Under the pieces are notes generated by a model. The model did no database searches, was not told the origin of the DNA, and worked only from the letters and a program-made list of their open reading frames with translations. From Bdellovibrionales bacterium (GTDB lineage Bacteria; Bdellovibrionota; Bdellovibrionia; Bdellovibrionales; JAMPXM01), in assembly GCA_043739185.1 (NCBI GenBank), contig JAYUEN010000008.1, positions 2,750 to 66,749 on the forward strand: 64,000 nucleotides of DNA. The letters run 5' to 3'. This document shows, one piece after another, positions 1-8,598 of this stretch. A program made the translations under genes and the position numbers. Every line of letters begins with the position of its first letter. Position 1 is the first letter of the stretch.

Positions 1-2
1 CA

Positions 3-179
3 GTTATTGATTTTGCTTATATTGAACATCTTCGCCCCTTGCTTGAGTCGCAACTCATCAAGTCCGGAGTGATGCTTGCACAAGCATTTCAACAGATCTT
101 CACTCCTAAGCTTACAAAGGGCGTGAATCCGTTTCTGCCGGTTAAACCTACCGTGGATCAGTGCGAAGCTATGTTCTAG
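3..179 (+). CDS. 3' end of a gene cut by the window edge; resembles the C-terminal helix of S1/P1 nucleases
   Basis: Open frame from 3 to TAG at 177-179: VIDFAYIEHLRPLLESQLIKSGVMLAQAFQQIF..., similar to the S1/P1 pattern Y-x(8-10)-QL-xx-AG-x-RLA-xx-L-xx-IF. Not in the ORF track. Confidence 0.5.
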   Translation, partial: VIDFAYIEHLRPLLESQLIKSGVMLAQAFQQIFTPKLTKGVNPFLPVKPTVDQCEAMF

Positions 180-183
180 CCGA

Positions 184-240
184 AAGGTACCTGCTTAGTT
201 TTGGAGGCGCAGCGCGCCTCCAAAACTAAGCAGGTACCTT
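184..240. repeat. Perfect inverted repeat, 27-bp arms and 3-nt loop (REP-like hairpin)
   Basis: AAGGTACCTGCTTAGTTTTGGAGGCGC-AGC-GCGCCTCCAAAACTAAGCAGGTACCTT. Confidence 0.9.
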
Positions 241-291
241 AAGGCGGTGACGTTTTCAGTCACCTTAATGAGATGAATCGACATGACCTTG

Positions 292-317
292 GGCCTCAAT
301 GAGGCCTCATTGAGGCC
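292..317. repeat. Perfect 26-bp palindrome built from two overlapping GGCCTCA-W-TGAGGCC units
   Basis: GGCCTCAATGAGG|CCTCATTGAGGCC. Confidence 0.9.
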
Positions 318-428
318 TTTACCCCTTTGGGAATTGGCATAATTTGTGAAGCCTTAAAATTGAAAGTTAAGATTTGACAGTATAATCTTTGAATGAATTG
401 TTTCTCGATAATTAGGGAGTGAAGGCAA

Positions 429-1160
429 ATGAAAACACAAAAATTTATTTCGGCGGCTTTTTGCGCCTTCTTATTGGTCGGGACACTAACGAATTTTATT
501 GCTTGCGGAAGTAATTCTCCAAATACAAATGCCTTACCTCCAGCGGGAAGTTGTGCCGCAGGTCAGGTCAATACCCAAGTTGGCTGTCTCTCTACAAATA
601 GTTGCGGTGGAGTTCAATCTGGCTATGGATACAACCCAAGTACAAATACTTGTTATCCTCCAGTAGCAATAACAGGATCAACTCTTGTTGCAGGTCAAAC
701 TGGCCAATGGAAAGGCGCGCTTACGCAAATCAATCAAAGTGTTTTCGGCCAGCTCCTACAAGATTCTGGCTCTTGCAACCGCTATAATATTATTAATTTA
801 TGGGGAGAAAACTGTAAGTCCTATACTCCAAATGGTTATATTGCCCTTTTATATCAAGGCGCTTCAAATGTTATGGTTCAAATTATGGCTGGAGCTTCGA
901 ATCCAGCATACATTGGCCTTATGAACATATCCGCTGGTGGTGGAACTTACGGCGGATACGGCAACGGCACCATTACGGTTTCAAGAAGCCTCAATGTAAG
1001 TGTACTTGGTAACGGATTAAAAATGGTTGATCAAATGGGCGGCTATTATGGCGGCGGACTTTCAATTTCGGACGTAAACGAAAGTTTCAATAGCATTAAT
1101 ATGAACTTAGTAATTCAATATAATGGACAAACTCTTGCGAATGCGCTCGTTCTTAAATAG
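429..1160 (+). CDS. Gly/Asn/Cys-rich exported (lipo)protein, function unknown
   Basis: Signal peptide ending FIAC-G, Cys-rich module CAAGQVNTQVGCLSTNSC...C, SD-like GGGAG upstream. Confidence 0.75.
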   Translation: MKTQKFISAAFCAFLLVGTLTNFIACGSNSPNTNALPPAGSCAAGQVNTQVGCLSTNSCGGVQSGYGYNPSTNTCYPPVAITGSTLVAGQTGQWKGALTQINQSVFGQLLQDSGSCNRYNIINLWGENCKSYTPNGYIALLYQGASNVMVQIMAGASNPAYIGLMNISAGGGTYGGYGNGTITVSRSLNVSVLGNGLKMVDQMGGYYGGGLSISDVNESFNSINMNLVIQYNGQTLANALVLK

Positions 1161-1172
1161 TATTTTGCCATT

Positions 1173-1388
1173 ATGCCACTTGAAGTAAAATGCCCAAGAT
1201 GTTTGAAACTCGTCTTATATTCAAATACGAATCCTTATCGTCCCTTCTGCTCGGAAAGATGCAAGCTGATTGATCTTGGCAATTGGGCAGACGGCAAATA
1301 CAGCATTGAAGGCAAAAAGATTGATCCATCGCAAATTGATTTAGAATCTTTAGCGCCAAACCCAGATGAAGACTCAGAATCTGAATAA
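1173..1388 (+). CDS. yacG: DNA gyrase inhibitor YacG
   Basis: CPRC...[14 protein letters not shown] zinc finger; acidic tail. Confidence 0.92.
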   Translation: MPLEVKCPRCLKLVLYSNTNPYRPFCSERCKLIDLGNWADGKYSIEGKKIDPSQIDLESLAPNPDEDSESE

Positions 1389-1514
1389 TTGATTTTTGGC
1401 ACACATCTGAAAAAATATAATTTTGCTGTTGACGAAGTTGTTTAGTTTAGATTGAATTCTTGATGTAGCAATAAAACTTTGTCATCGAAAATGACAACAA
1501 CCAAGGGAGTACAA

Positions 1515-1787
1515 ATGAATAAAGCAGAATTGATTGAGCACATTGCTCACAATACAAATATGACTAAAGCACAAACTGAGCGCGTGCTCGAGTGCACAAT
1601 CGACACTATCCGTAAATGTGTTAAAAAAGGTGACGATGTAAAACTCGTTGGCTTTGGCACATTCACAAAATCAAAAAGAAAAGCTCGCATGGGCCGTAAC
1701 CCACAAACTGGCAAAGCAATCAAAATTGCAGCTGCTTGGTATCCAAAATTTCGCCCAGGTGCAGAATTTAAAGCTTCTGTAAGATAG
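1515..1787 (+). CDS. hup: HU family DNA-binding protein
   Basis: MNKAELI...GFGTF...GRNPQTG...PKFRPG; ATG 1515 preceded by AAGGGAG. Confidence 0.95.
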   Translation: MNKAELIEHIAHNTNMTKAQTERVLECTIDTIRKCVKKGDDVKLVGFGTFTKSKRKARMGRNPQTGKAIKIAAAWYPKFRPGAEFKASVR

Positions 1788-1858
1788 TTTTCAAAGAGTT
1801 TTTGATTTGAATTGCGCTAAAGGCAAAACCTAGTGTGCGATTACAAAACAAATGCTAT

Positions 1859-1890
1859 AAAAGGATCGAGCTTGCTCGATCCTTTTTTTT
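1859..1890 (+). terminator. Rho-independent terminator after HU
   Basis: GGATCGAG-CTTG-CTCGATCC followed by T8. Confidence 0.9.
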
Positions 1891-1952
1891 ATTGTTAATC
1901 TGATGAAACGCCTTTGTGTGCTGAGACGGCCCAAATACAGACGGATACCTCA

Positions 1953-2936
1953 ATGTCAAAAAAACCAATCAAAAATATTGCAGTCATGACAAGCGGTGGA
2001 GATGCTCCCGGAATGAATGCAGCCATTCGGGCTGTTCTGCGGGTCAGTCATCATCACGATGTTCGTGTTACCGGTGTCATTGGCGGCTACGCAGGACTCA
2101 TGAACGGGCAATTTTTAGATTTGGATATGAATGCCATGGCCAATATTTTGAAATTTGGCGGCACAATTTTAAAAACCGGCAGATCACGAGAATATTTAGA
2201 GCTTGGAGCTCGCAAACAAGCATTTACCCATATTGAGAAAGCAGGCATCGACGCTCTCATCTGTATAGGCGGAGATGGTTCTTTCAGAGGCGCTCATGCG
2301 CTATTTGAAGAAACTGGAATTCAATGTGTGGGAGTTCCGGCAACTATCGATAATGATATTTATGGGTCCGACTATACAATCGGATTTGATACGGCCGTCA
2401 ATATTGCTCTCGATGCCATTGATCGAATTCGCGATACAGCCTCTAGCCACGATCGCCTTTTTATCGTTGAAGTCATGGGCCATAATTCAGGCTTTATTGC
2501 TCTAGATGTAGGCGTCGCTGGTGGTGCTGAGGAAATTTTCTTTCCGGAAAATCCGGTAGCAATCGAAGATGCCATTGAACATATCAAACGCAGTATCGCG
2601 CGCGGAAAAAAGAGCTCGATCTTAGTTACTGCTGAAGGCCAAAAGCCGGGTCGCGCTTACGATTTGGCCGAATCAATTCGCAAGAGATCGGGCTTTGAGG
2701 CAAAGGTTTGCGTCTTAGGACATATTCAAAGGGGTGGAGCGCCAACAGCCCGCGATCGAATTCTTGCTTCACGCCTCGGAGCACACGCTGTTGAAAAAAT
2801 ACTTCAGGGAGAATCTGATATTATGGTAGGCATTCAAGCCGAAAAATTAGTCACACACAAACTATCTTCTGTGGTGGGCAAGAAAAAACAGATTCCAAAT
2901 GAGTTGATTCGTTTAGCACAGATTCTTTCGGCTTAG
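1953..2936 (+). CDS. pfkA: ATP-dependent 6-phosphofructokinase
   Basis: TSGGDAPGMNAAIR, GGDGS, TIDND, VEVMG, LGHIQRGG motifs; ATG 1953 preferred over TTG 1914. Confidence 0.96.
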   Translation: MSKKPIKNIAVMTSGGDAPGMNAAIRAVLRVSHHHDVRVTGVIGGYAGLMNGQFLDLDMNAMANILKFGGTILKTGRSREYLELGARKQAFTHIEKAGIDALICIGGDGSFRGAHALFEETGIQCVGVPATIDNDIYGSDYTIGFDTAVNIALDAIDRIRDTASSHDRLFIVEVMGHNSGFIALDVGVAGGAEEIFFPENPVAIEDAIEHIKRSIARGKKSSILVTAEGQKPGRAYDLAESIRKRSGFEAKVCVLGHIQRGGAPTARDRILASRLGAHAVEKILQGESDIMVGIQAEKLVTHKLSSVVGKKKQIPNELIRLAQILSA

Positions 2937-3059
2937 GCCCAAGGACTCATGGCCCTCAACTTTTCCTTTTAGATCAACATCCCAGATAGTTAACTTGACC
3001 ACAAGCCGACTACCCGCATAGGATTCGAGCATTCGAAATCAACTTTGGAGGTAGTTTTT

Positions 3060-4214
3060 ATGTTACGAAAAAACACAATCTTGGGACTCTCTGCGCTCTG
3101 CCTTTTGAACTTTGCGTGCACAAAAAGTGCAGATGCCCCGAAAACGGCTGCGGTATCTAATACACTCTTAGTAGGCGAATATGGCTCGATGACAGGTGCA
3201 GCTGCAACTTTTGGTCAAGGGACTCATCACGGAATTCAATTGGCCTTTGAAGAACAAAATAAATTAGGTGGAGTTAAAGGCAAACAACTCGAACTTTTAA
3301 CTGAAGATGACGAAGGAAAACCCGAAACTGCAAACGCAGTGGTGACTCGCTTGATTACTCAGAAAAAAGTATTGGCCGTAATTGGTGAAGTCGCAAGTTC
3401 GAATACTTTAGCGGCGGCACCTACTGCCCAACAATATCAAATTCCGATGATTAGCCCGAGCTCTACCAATCCAAAAGTGACTGAAGTTGGCGACTATATT
3501 TTTCGCGTTTGCTTTATTGACCCCTTTCAGGGAACAGTAATGGCTAAATTTGCGATTGAAAACTTAAAGGCCAAAAAAGTAGCCGTCCTACGTGATGTAA
3601 AATCTGATTATAGTGTGGGCTTAGCAAAATTTTTTACTGAGACCTTTACTAAAATGGGCGGCACCATCGTGGTTGAGCAAAACTACCAGGCCGGCGAAAT
3701 GGATTTTAAATCTCAGCTCACAGAAATTAAGAATAAAAAACCCGATGCCATTTTTATCCCTGGCTATTATACCGATGTTGGCTTGATTGCCAGACAAGCA
3801 CGCCAACTTGATATCAAAGTACCACTCTTGGGTGGCGACGGTTGGGACTCCTCTAAACTTTTTGAAATTGGCAAAGAAGCTATCAACGGCAGCTATTTTT
3901 CAAATCACTATACAACTGAGAGTACTGATCCGATGGTGCAAGATTTCATTAAGAATTATAAAGCCAAATTCAATAATGAAACCCCAGATGGTTTGGCGGC
4001 CCTAGGATACGATGCTGCTAAAATCTTGATTCTCGCCATGGAGAAATCAGATCTCACCAGCAAATCAATTCGCGATCAAATTGCCGTGATTAAAGATTAT
4101 AAAGCTGTGACTGGCAAAATTAGTATCAATGCTCAACGAAACGCCGACAAAAGTGCGGTGGTTGTAAAAGTAGATGGTCCAGTCAACCGTTATGTTACAA
4201 CAATCAATCCATAG
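3060..4214 (+). CDS. Branched-chain amino acid ABC transporter substrate-binding lipoprotein (LivJ/LivK family)
   Basis: Lipobox-like NFAC; YIFRVCFIDPFQG; GGDGWDS; heads livHMGF. Confidence 0.92.
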   Translation: MLRKNTILGLSALCLLNFACTKSADAPKTAAVSNTLLVGEYGSMTGAAATFGQGTHHGIQLAFEEQNKLGGVKGKQLELLTEDDEGKPETANAVVTRLITQKKVLAVIGEVASSNTLAAAPTAQQYQIPMISPSSTNPKVTEVGDYIFRVCFIDPFQGTVMAKFAIENLKAKKVAVLRDVKSDYSVGLAKFFTETFTKMGGTIVVEQNYQAGEMDFKSQLTEIKNKKPDAIFIPGYYTDVGLIARQARQLDIKVPLLGGDGWDSSKLFEIGKEAINGSYFSNHYTTESTDPMVQDFIKNYKAKFNNETPDGLAALGYDAAKILILAMEKSDLTSKSIRDQIAVIKDYKAVTGKISINAQRNADKSAVVVKVDGPVNRYVTTINP

Positions 4215-4222
4215 TTAGTTAG

Positions 4223-4240
4223 GACGACTCACCAGTCGTC
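4223..4240 (+). promoter_or_regulatory. Intercistronic hairpin after the binding-protein gene (possible mRNA stabiliser)
   Basis: GACGACT-CACC-AGTCGTC. Confidence 0.5.
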
Positions 4241-4277
4241 GCTTGTTTCATTTTTAAATCTTGGGTAGCATGGGTGA

Positions 4278-5180
4278 ATGCAAGAGTTCATCCAGCACGT
4301 CATCAATGGCATTAGTCTCGGCAGTATTTATGCGCTCATCGCCCTTGGGTATACCATGGTCTACGGCGTGCTTCAGCTGATCAATTTCGCACATTCAGAA
4401 GTCTATATGGTCGGAGCTTTTGCTGCTTACTATACCGCGCGAGTTTTAGGACTAGATGCCAAGCCAGGCATTTTTACCTTCGTTACAGTTCTCGTTGCGG
4501 CCATGATTGTTTGCTCTCTTTTGGGAGTGATGATTGAACGCTTTGCTTACCGACCATTAAGAAAAGCTCCCAAACTCAATTCTTTGATCACGGCTATTGG
4601 GGTGAGTTTGTTTTTACAATATGCAGGGCAAATTGTGTTTGGAGCAGATCCAAAAGTTTTTCCGAATATATTAGAAGACGCCACCCTTGCTAGTTTTGGC
4701 GACGTCAATTTGCAACTTTTTGATGTCACCATTTTGGTGGTCGGCCTCATCTTTATGGCGGCACTGACTTATTTGATTCATTATACTAAGACCGGAAAAG
4801 CCATGCGTGCGGTTTCAAATAATCAAGTGGTCGCAAGTCTCATGGGCATCAATGCCAACAAAGTCATTGCGATGACTTTTATTTTGGGATCCTCGCTCGC
4901 AGGCGTGGGTAGCGTTTTGGTGGGAATGAAATATCCAAAAATTGATCCTCTTATGGGAACCCTCATTGGACTCAAAGCTTTTACAGCCGCAGTTTTAGGT
5001 GGAATAGGAAATCTCGGTGGCGCGGTTTTAGGTGGCGTGATCATGGGACTCAGTGAAGAGTTTGTTGTCGGATATTTTTCAAGTACCTATCGCGACGCCG
5101 TGGCCTTTGCCATCTTAATTGTCATTTTACTTTTTCGACCTTCAGGGCTCCTGGGTAAATCTCAGCTGGAGAAAGTTTGA
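4278..5180 (+). CDS. livH: Branched-chain amino acid ABC permease LivH
   Basis: NGISLGSIYALIALGYTMVYG..INFAH; KAFTAAVLGGIG. Confidence 0.95.
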   Translation: MQEFIQHVINGISLGSIYALIALGYTMVYGVLQLINFAHSEVYMVGAFAAYYTARVLGLDAKPGIFTFVTVLVAAMIVCSLLGVMIERFAYRPLRKAPKLNSLITAIGVSLFLQYAGQIVFGADPKVFPNILEDATLASFGDVNLQLFDVTILVVGLIFMAALTYLIHYTKTGKAMRAVSNNQVVASLMGINANKVIAMTFILGSSLAGVGSVLVGMKYPKIDPLMGTLIGLKAFTAAVLGGIGNLGGAVLGGVIMGLSEEFVVGYFSSTYRDAVAFAILIVILLFRPSGLLGKSQLEKV

Positions 5181-6262
5181 TGCTCAAACAATTTCAAAGA
5201 ACCTTTTTGATCCCGCTTATTTCTTTAGTACTGGTTGCGGTCTTTAGTTTTGTAATTGATAAAAGCTTCAATGCCTATATTCAGCTGGTTTTTCTTTATA
5301 TCTGCATCAATATCATTTTGGCTTTGAGTTTGAACTTAGTGAATGGCTTCACTGGCCAGTTTTCAATTGGGCATGCAGGCTTCATGGCGGTGGGCGCTTA
5401 TACTTCAGCATTTCTTAGTACTCACCCCGTCTTGTTTGGACATCCATTGGTGTTTTTACCGCCGGCACTTGATTTTTTCAATTACCCTATTTACGCGGTT
5501 TTTGGTGGCGCGGCCGCAGCCCTTGCGGGTTATATCGTTGGTCTTCCGTCCTTACGCTTACGCGGAGACTATCTTGCGATCGTGACGCTTGGATTTGGCG
5601 AGATCATTCGAGTCATTTTACTCAATACTGAAACCATCGGCGGCGCTCGTGGAATGTTCGGAATCACCAGTCCGCTACCCATTCACTTAGGCGACTTTGA
5701 GATTTCAGCATTTTCGCAGGGATTTTTTTTAGCAGCAAGTGCGATGGTCCTGACCTTTATTGTTCTCTGGCGTTTGATCAATAGCTCACACGGAAGAGGT
5801 TTCTTAAGCGTTCGTGAGGATGAAATCGCGGCCGAAGCGATGGGCATTAATACCACCAGCATGAAAGTGCGGGCGTTTGTCATATCTTCGTTTTTCGCAG
5901 GCATTGCAGGCAGTGTTTTTGCGCATTCAACTCACTATCTGAATCCTTCAACCTTTAGTTTTCAAAAGAGTGTTGATGTCATTATCATGGTTGTTTTAGG
6001 TGGAATGGGAAGTCTCACTGGCTCAGTAGTTGCCGCCATAATTGTGAGTGTCCTTCCGGAATTAATTTTGAGACCCTTGCAAGATTATACGCATATTGAT
6101 TTGCGCATGGTGATTTACTCTTTGATGCTTATCATTTTTATGATCATGCGTCCGAAGGGAATTTTTGGTACCGCTGAAATTTCGTTGGGCAAGCTAACTC
6201 GCTCAAAATTTTTTCAAAAACTTTTTAATGGAAAGTCTACAAATGCCATCAAAAATTCTTGA
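5180..6262 (+). CDS. livM: Branched-chain amino acid ABC permease LivM
   Basis: GQFSIGHAGF, LRLRGDYLAIVTLGFGEI, REDEIAAEAMG; TGATG coupling with livH. Confidence 0.95.
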   Translation: MLKQFQRTFLIPLISLVLVAVFSFVIDKSFNAYIQLVFLYICINIILALSLNLVNGFTGQFSIGHAGFMAVGAYTSAFLSTHPVLFGHPLVFLPPALDFFNYPIYAVFGGAAAALAGYIVGLPSLRLRGDYLAIVTLGFGEIIRVILLNTETIGGARGMFGITSPLPIHLGDFEISAFSQGFFLAASAMVLTFIVLWRLINSSHGRGFLSVREDEIAAEAMGINTTSMKVRAFVISSFFAGIAGSVFAHSTHYLNPSTFSFQKSVDVIIMVVLGGMGSLTGSVVAAIIVSVLPELILRPLQDYTHIDLRMVIYSLMLIIFMIMRPKGIFGTAEISLGKLTRSKFFQKLFNGKSTNAIKNS

Positions 6263-7037
6263 AGCCAAAAATATCACGATGCAATTTGGCGGATTAAAAG
6301 CCGTTGAAAATTTCAGTGTTGAAGTACATGAGGGCGAACTTCTGGGTCTCATTGGTCCAAATGGAGCTGGGAAAACCACGGTCTTTAATATGCTGACCGG
6401 GGTTTATCGTCCGACCCATGGTGAAATTTTCATTGGCGGCCAAAGCACCAAGGGGCTTAAAGCTTTCGAAATTTCGCATCTCGGTATGACTAGAACCTTT
6501 CAAAATATACGGCTTTTTAAAGATTTGAGTGTGCTTGAAAACGTGATGATCGCTTCTCACCAAAATACGAATTACAGCATGACTCAGGCGATTTTGAAAT
6601 CAGACAAATTTTTTACCGAAGAAGCAGCTCTCACCCAAAAAGCAATGAATCTCCTTAAAATATTTGAACTTGATCTGAAAGCTGATTTGCAATCCGGAGG
6701 ACTTCCCTACGGCGAACAAAGAAAGCTCGAAATTGTAAGAGCACTTGCGACTGATCCTAAAATTATTTTACTCGATGAACCTGCTGCCGGCATGAACCAC
6801 AAAGAAACCGAAGTTTTAATGCATTTGATAGCTTACATCCGCAAAGAATTTAAGCTCAGTGTTTTACTCATTGAACATGATATGAAGCTGGTCATGGGAA
6901 TCTGTGAGCGCCTCTTAGTTCTGGATCACGGCATCCTCATTTCACAAGGAGCCCCAGAGAATGTTCGCAAAGATCCGAAAGTGATCGCGGCTTATCTTGG
7001 TGCGGATACCGATGCGAGCTCGGAGTTGCATGCGTGA
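6243..7037 (+). CDS. livG: ABC ATPase LivG
   Basis: GPNGAGKTT, RTFQNIRLF, LPYGEQRKLEI, LLDEPAAG. Confidence 0.95.
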   Translation: MPSKILEAKNITMQFGGLKAVENFSVEVHEGELLGLIGPNGAGKTTVFNMLTGVYRPTHGEIFIGGQSTKGLKAFEISHLGMTRTFQNIRLFKDLSVLENVMIASHQNTNYSMTQAILKSDKFFTEEAALTQKAMNLLKIFELDLKADLQSGGLPYGEQRKLEIVRALATDPKIILLDEPAAGMNHKETEVLMHLIAYIRKEFKLSVLLIEHDMKLVMGICERLLVLDHGILISQGAPENVRKDPKVIAAYLGADTDASSELHA

Positions 7038-7747
7038 GTAATTGTATCTTGTCGGTTAAAAATCTAAATGTATTTTATGGTGGGATTCACGCCTTAAAAG
7101 GCATTAATTTTGAGGTCCATTTAGGTGAAGTGGTATCATTAATTGGTGCCAATGGCGCCGGTAAAACCACCACACTGCGAGCGATCTCAGGAATTTTGCC
7201 GTACACAGGTGAAATTGAATTTCAGAATAAAAAACTCCTCGCAGAAAAGCCCCATCTCATTATGGAGCGCGGAATTTCTCATTCGCCTGAAGGCCGAGGC
7301 GTATTTTCAAATCTCACTGTCCTTGAAAATCTCGAAATGGGAGCCTATATCCGAAAGGATAGGGCAGGTATAAAACAAGATTATGAAATGTGTTTTGAGC
7401 TCTTTCCGCGCTTAAAAGAACGTATAAAACAGATATCAGGAACACTTTCTGGTGGTGAACAACAGATGCTTGCCATTTCAAGAGCTCTTATGAGCCGGCC
7501 TAAATTGTTGATGCTCGATGAACCTTCTTTAGGCTTGGCTCCAATTATTGTTGCACAGATTTTTGAAATTATTAAAAAAGTAAATGCAAATGGTGTTACC
7601 ATATTATTAGTTGAACAAAACGCGCGCATGGCATTGAAAGTATCAAATCGAGCCTATGTCGTTGAGACAGGTCTCATTTCAATTCAAGGCCGTGGTATTG
7701 ATTTATTAGGTGATCAGAACGTCATTAATTCATACCTAGGTGGCTAA
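7034..7747 (+). CDS. livF: ABC ATPase LivF
   Basis: GANGAGKTT, PEGRGVF, LSGGEQQML, LDEPSLGLAP. Confidence 0.95.
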   Translation: MSNCILSVKNLNVFYGGIHALKGINFEVHLGEVVSLIGANGAGKTTTLRAISGILPYTGEIEFQNKKLLAEKPHLIMERGISHSPEGRGVFSNLTVLENLEMGAYIRKDRAGIKQDYEMCFELFPRLKERIKQISGTLSGGEQQMLAISRALMSRPKLLMLDEPSLGLAPIIVAQIFEIIKKVNANGVTILLVEQNARMALKVSNRAYVVETGLISIQGRGIDLLGDQNVINSYLGG

Positions 7748-7749
7748 GA

Positions 7750-8418
7750 ATGTCGAATCATGACTACTCTTGGAGTTTGTTTAATTCAAAAAGCGAAGTT
7801 CAAATCGATGGGCTCAATTCGGTGCAGACCAAAACCATCGTTTCAAGTATTTCACCTCAAGACCTACCTAATTGGATGGCGTGGCGCGAAGGCTTAAAGG
7901 AATGGATGGCGGTTTCTGAATTCACTGAACTCTTTGGGACTACTGCGCTTAAAAAAATTCCGCCGACTCCACCAAAATCAAAGATACCAAAACCAAAGCC
8001 GGCGCCTGGCGCACCAGAAGAAGAAACGACAAAAATGAATCCGGTGAAATCTTATGCGCCTGCCGAAGGTGAACTAGATCAGGTTAATCTTTTGATTCAG
8101 CAATACTCGAAAGCCGATGCTCGAAATACGGCGCGCTTTGATAAAAATTATCCTGTTGTCGTTCGCTTTGACCGCGTGAAATGTGATTGTATGACTGAAA
8201 ACATTTCTCGTGGTGGTTTGAAGCTAGATCGGCTATTACCAGCAGAAATCTGTGGAGCAAGTGTGCAAGTCGATATCACCCGCAGGGATGTGACCCTCAC
8301 CTTGTTTTGCCAAGCCATACCTGAGCCAAAACAATCGGGCGTCAGGCGCTTAATCATCACTAAAACCAGCGATGACGAATTATTGCGCGGCTGGCTTTTA
8401 GAGCCAGGAAAAGCTTAG
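7750..8418 (+). CDS. GYF_2-like plus PilZ domain protein
   Basis: AWREGLKEW motif, Pro/Lys linker, PilZ RxxxR (RNTAR) and NxSxGG (NISRGG). Confidence 0.75.
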   Translation: MSNHDYSWSLFNSKSEVQIDGLNSVQTKTIVSSISPQDLPNWMAWREGLKEWMAVSEFTELFGTTALKKIPPTPPKSKIPKPKPAPGAPEEETTKMNPVKSYAPAEGELDQVNLLIQQYSKADARNTARFDKNYPVVVRFDRVKCDCMTENISRGGLKLDRLLPAEICGASVQVDITRRDVTLTLFCQAIPEPKQSGVRRLIITKTSDDELLRGWLLEPGKA

Positions 8419-8553
8419 GGCGATTGACCTGGGAGTCGAATCAGTTTTAACGGCAGCAGCATCTGTGCAACCAACTGGCAGTATCAGGCACCTGGATCAG
8501 TTTCTGCCTACCCGATAACTGGCTGCCTGAATCTGAGCTTATTCACATAAAAC

Positions 8554-8584
8554 AAAAAAAAGAGGCGAGCTTATGGCCCACCTC
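8554..8584 (-). terminator. Rho-independent terminator after flgE
   Basis: Minus strand GAGGUGGGC-CAUAA-GCUCGCCUC followed by U8. Confidence 0.85.
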
Positions 8585-8598
8585 CCTTGCTTAAATTA

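Noticed and set aside
335-350. TGGCAT-N5-GTGAA sigma54-like element
   Set aside because: The -12 dinucleotide is GA, not GC.
1812-1850. AAAGGCAAAACC resembling the start of a c-di-GMP-I (GEMM) riboswitch
   Set aside because: No GAAA tetraloop stem, no GACGCAAAG and no P2 stem; it is just a hairpin in the HU 3'UTR.
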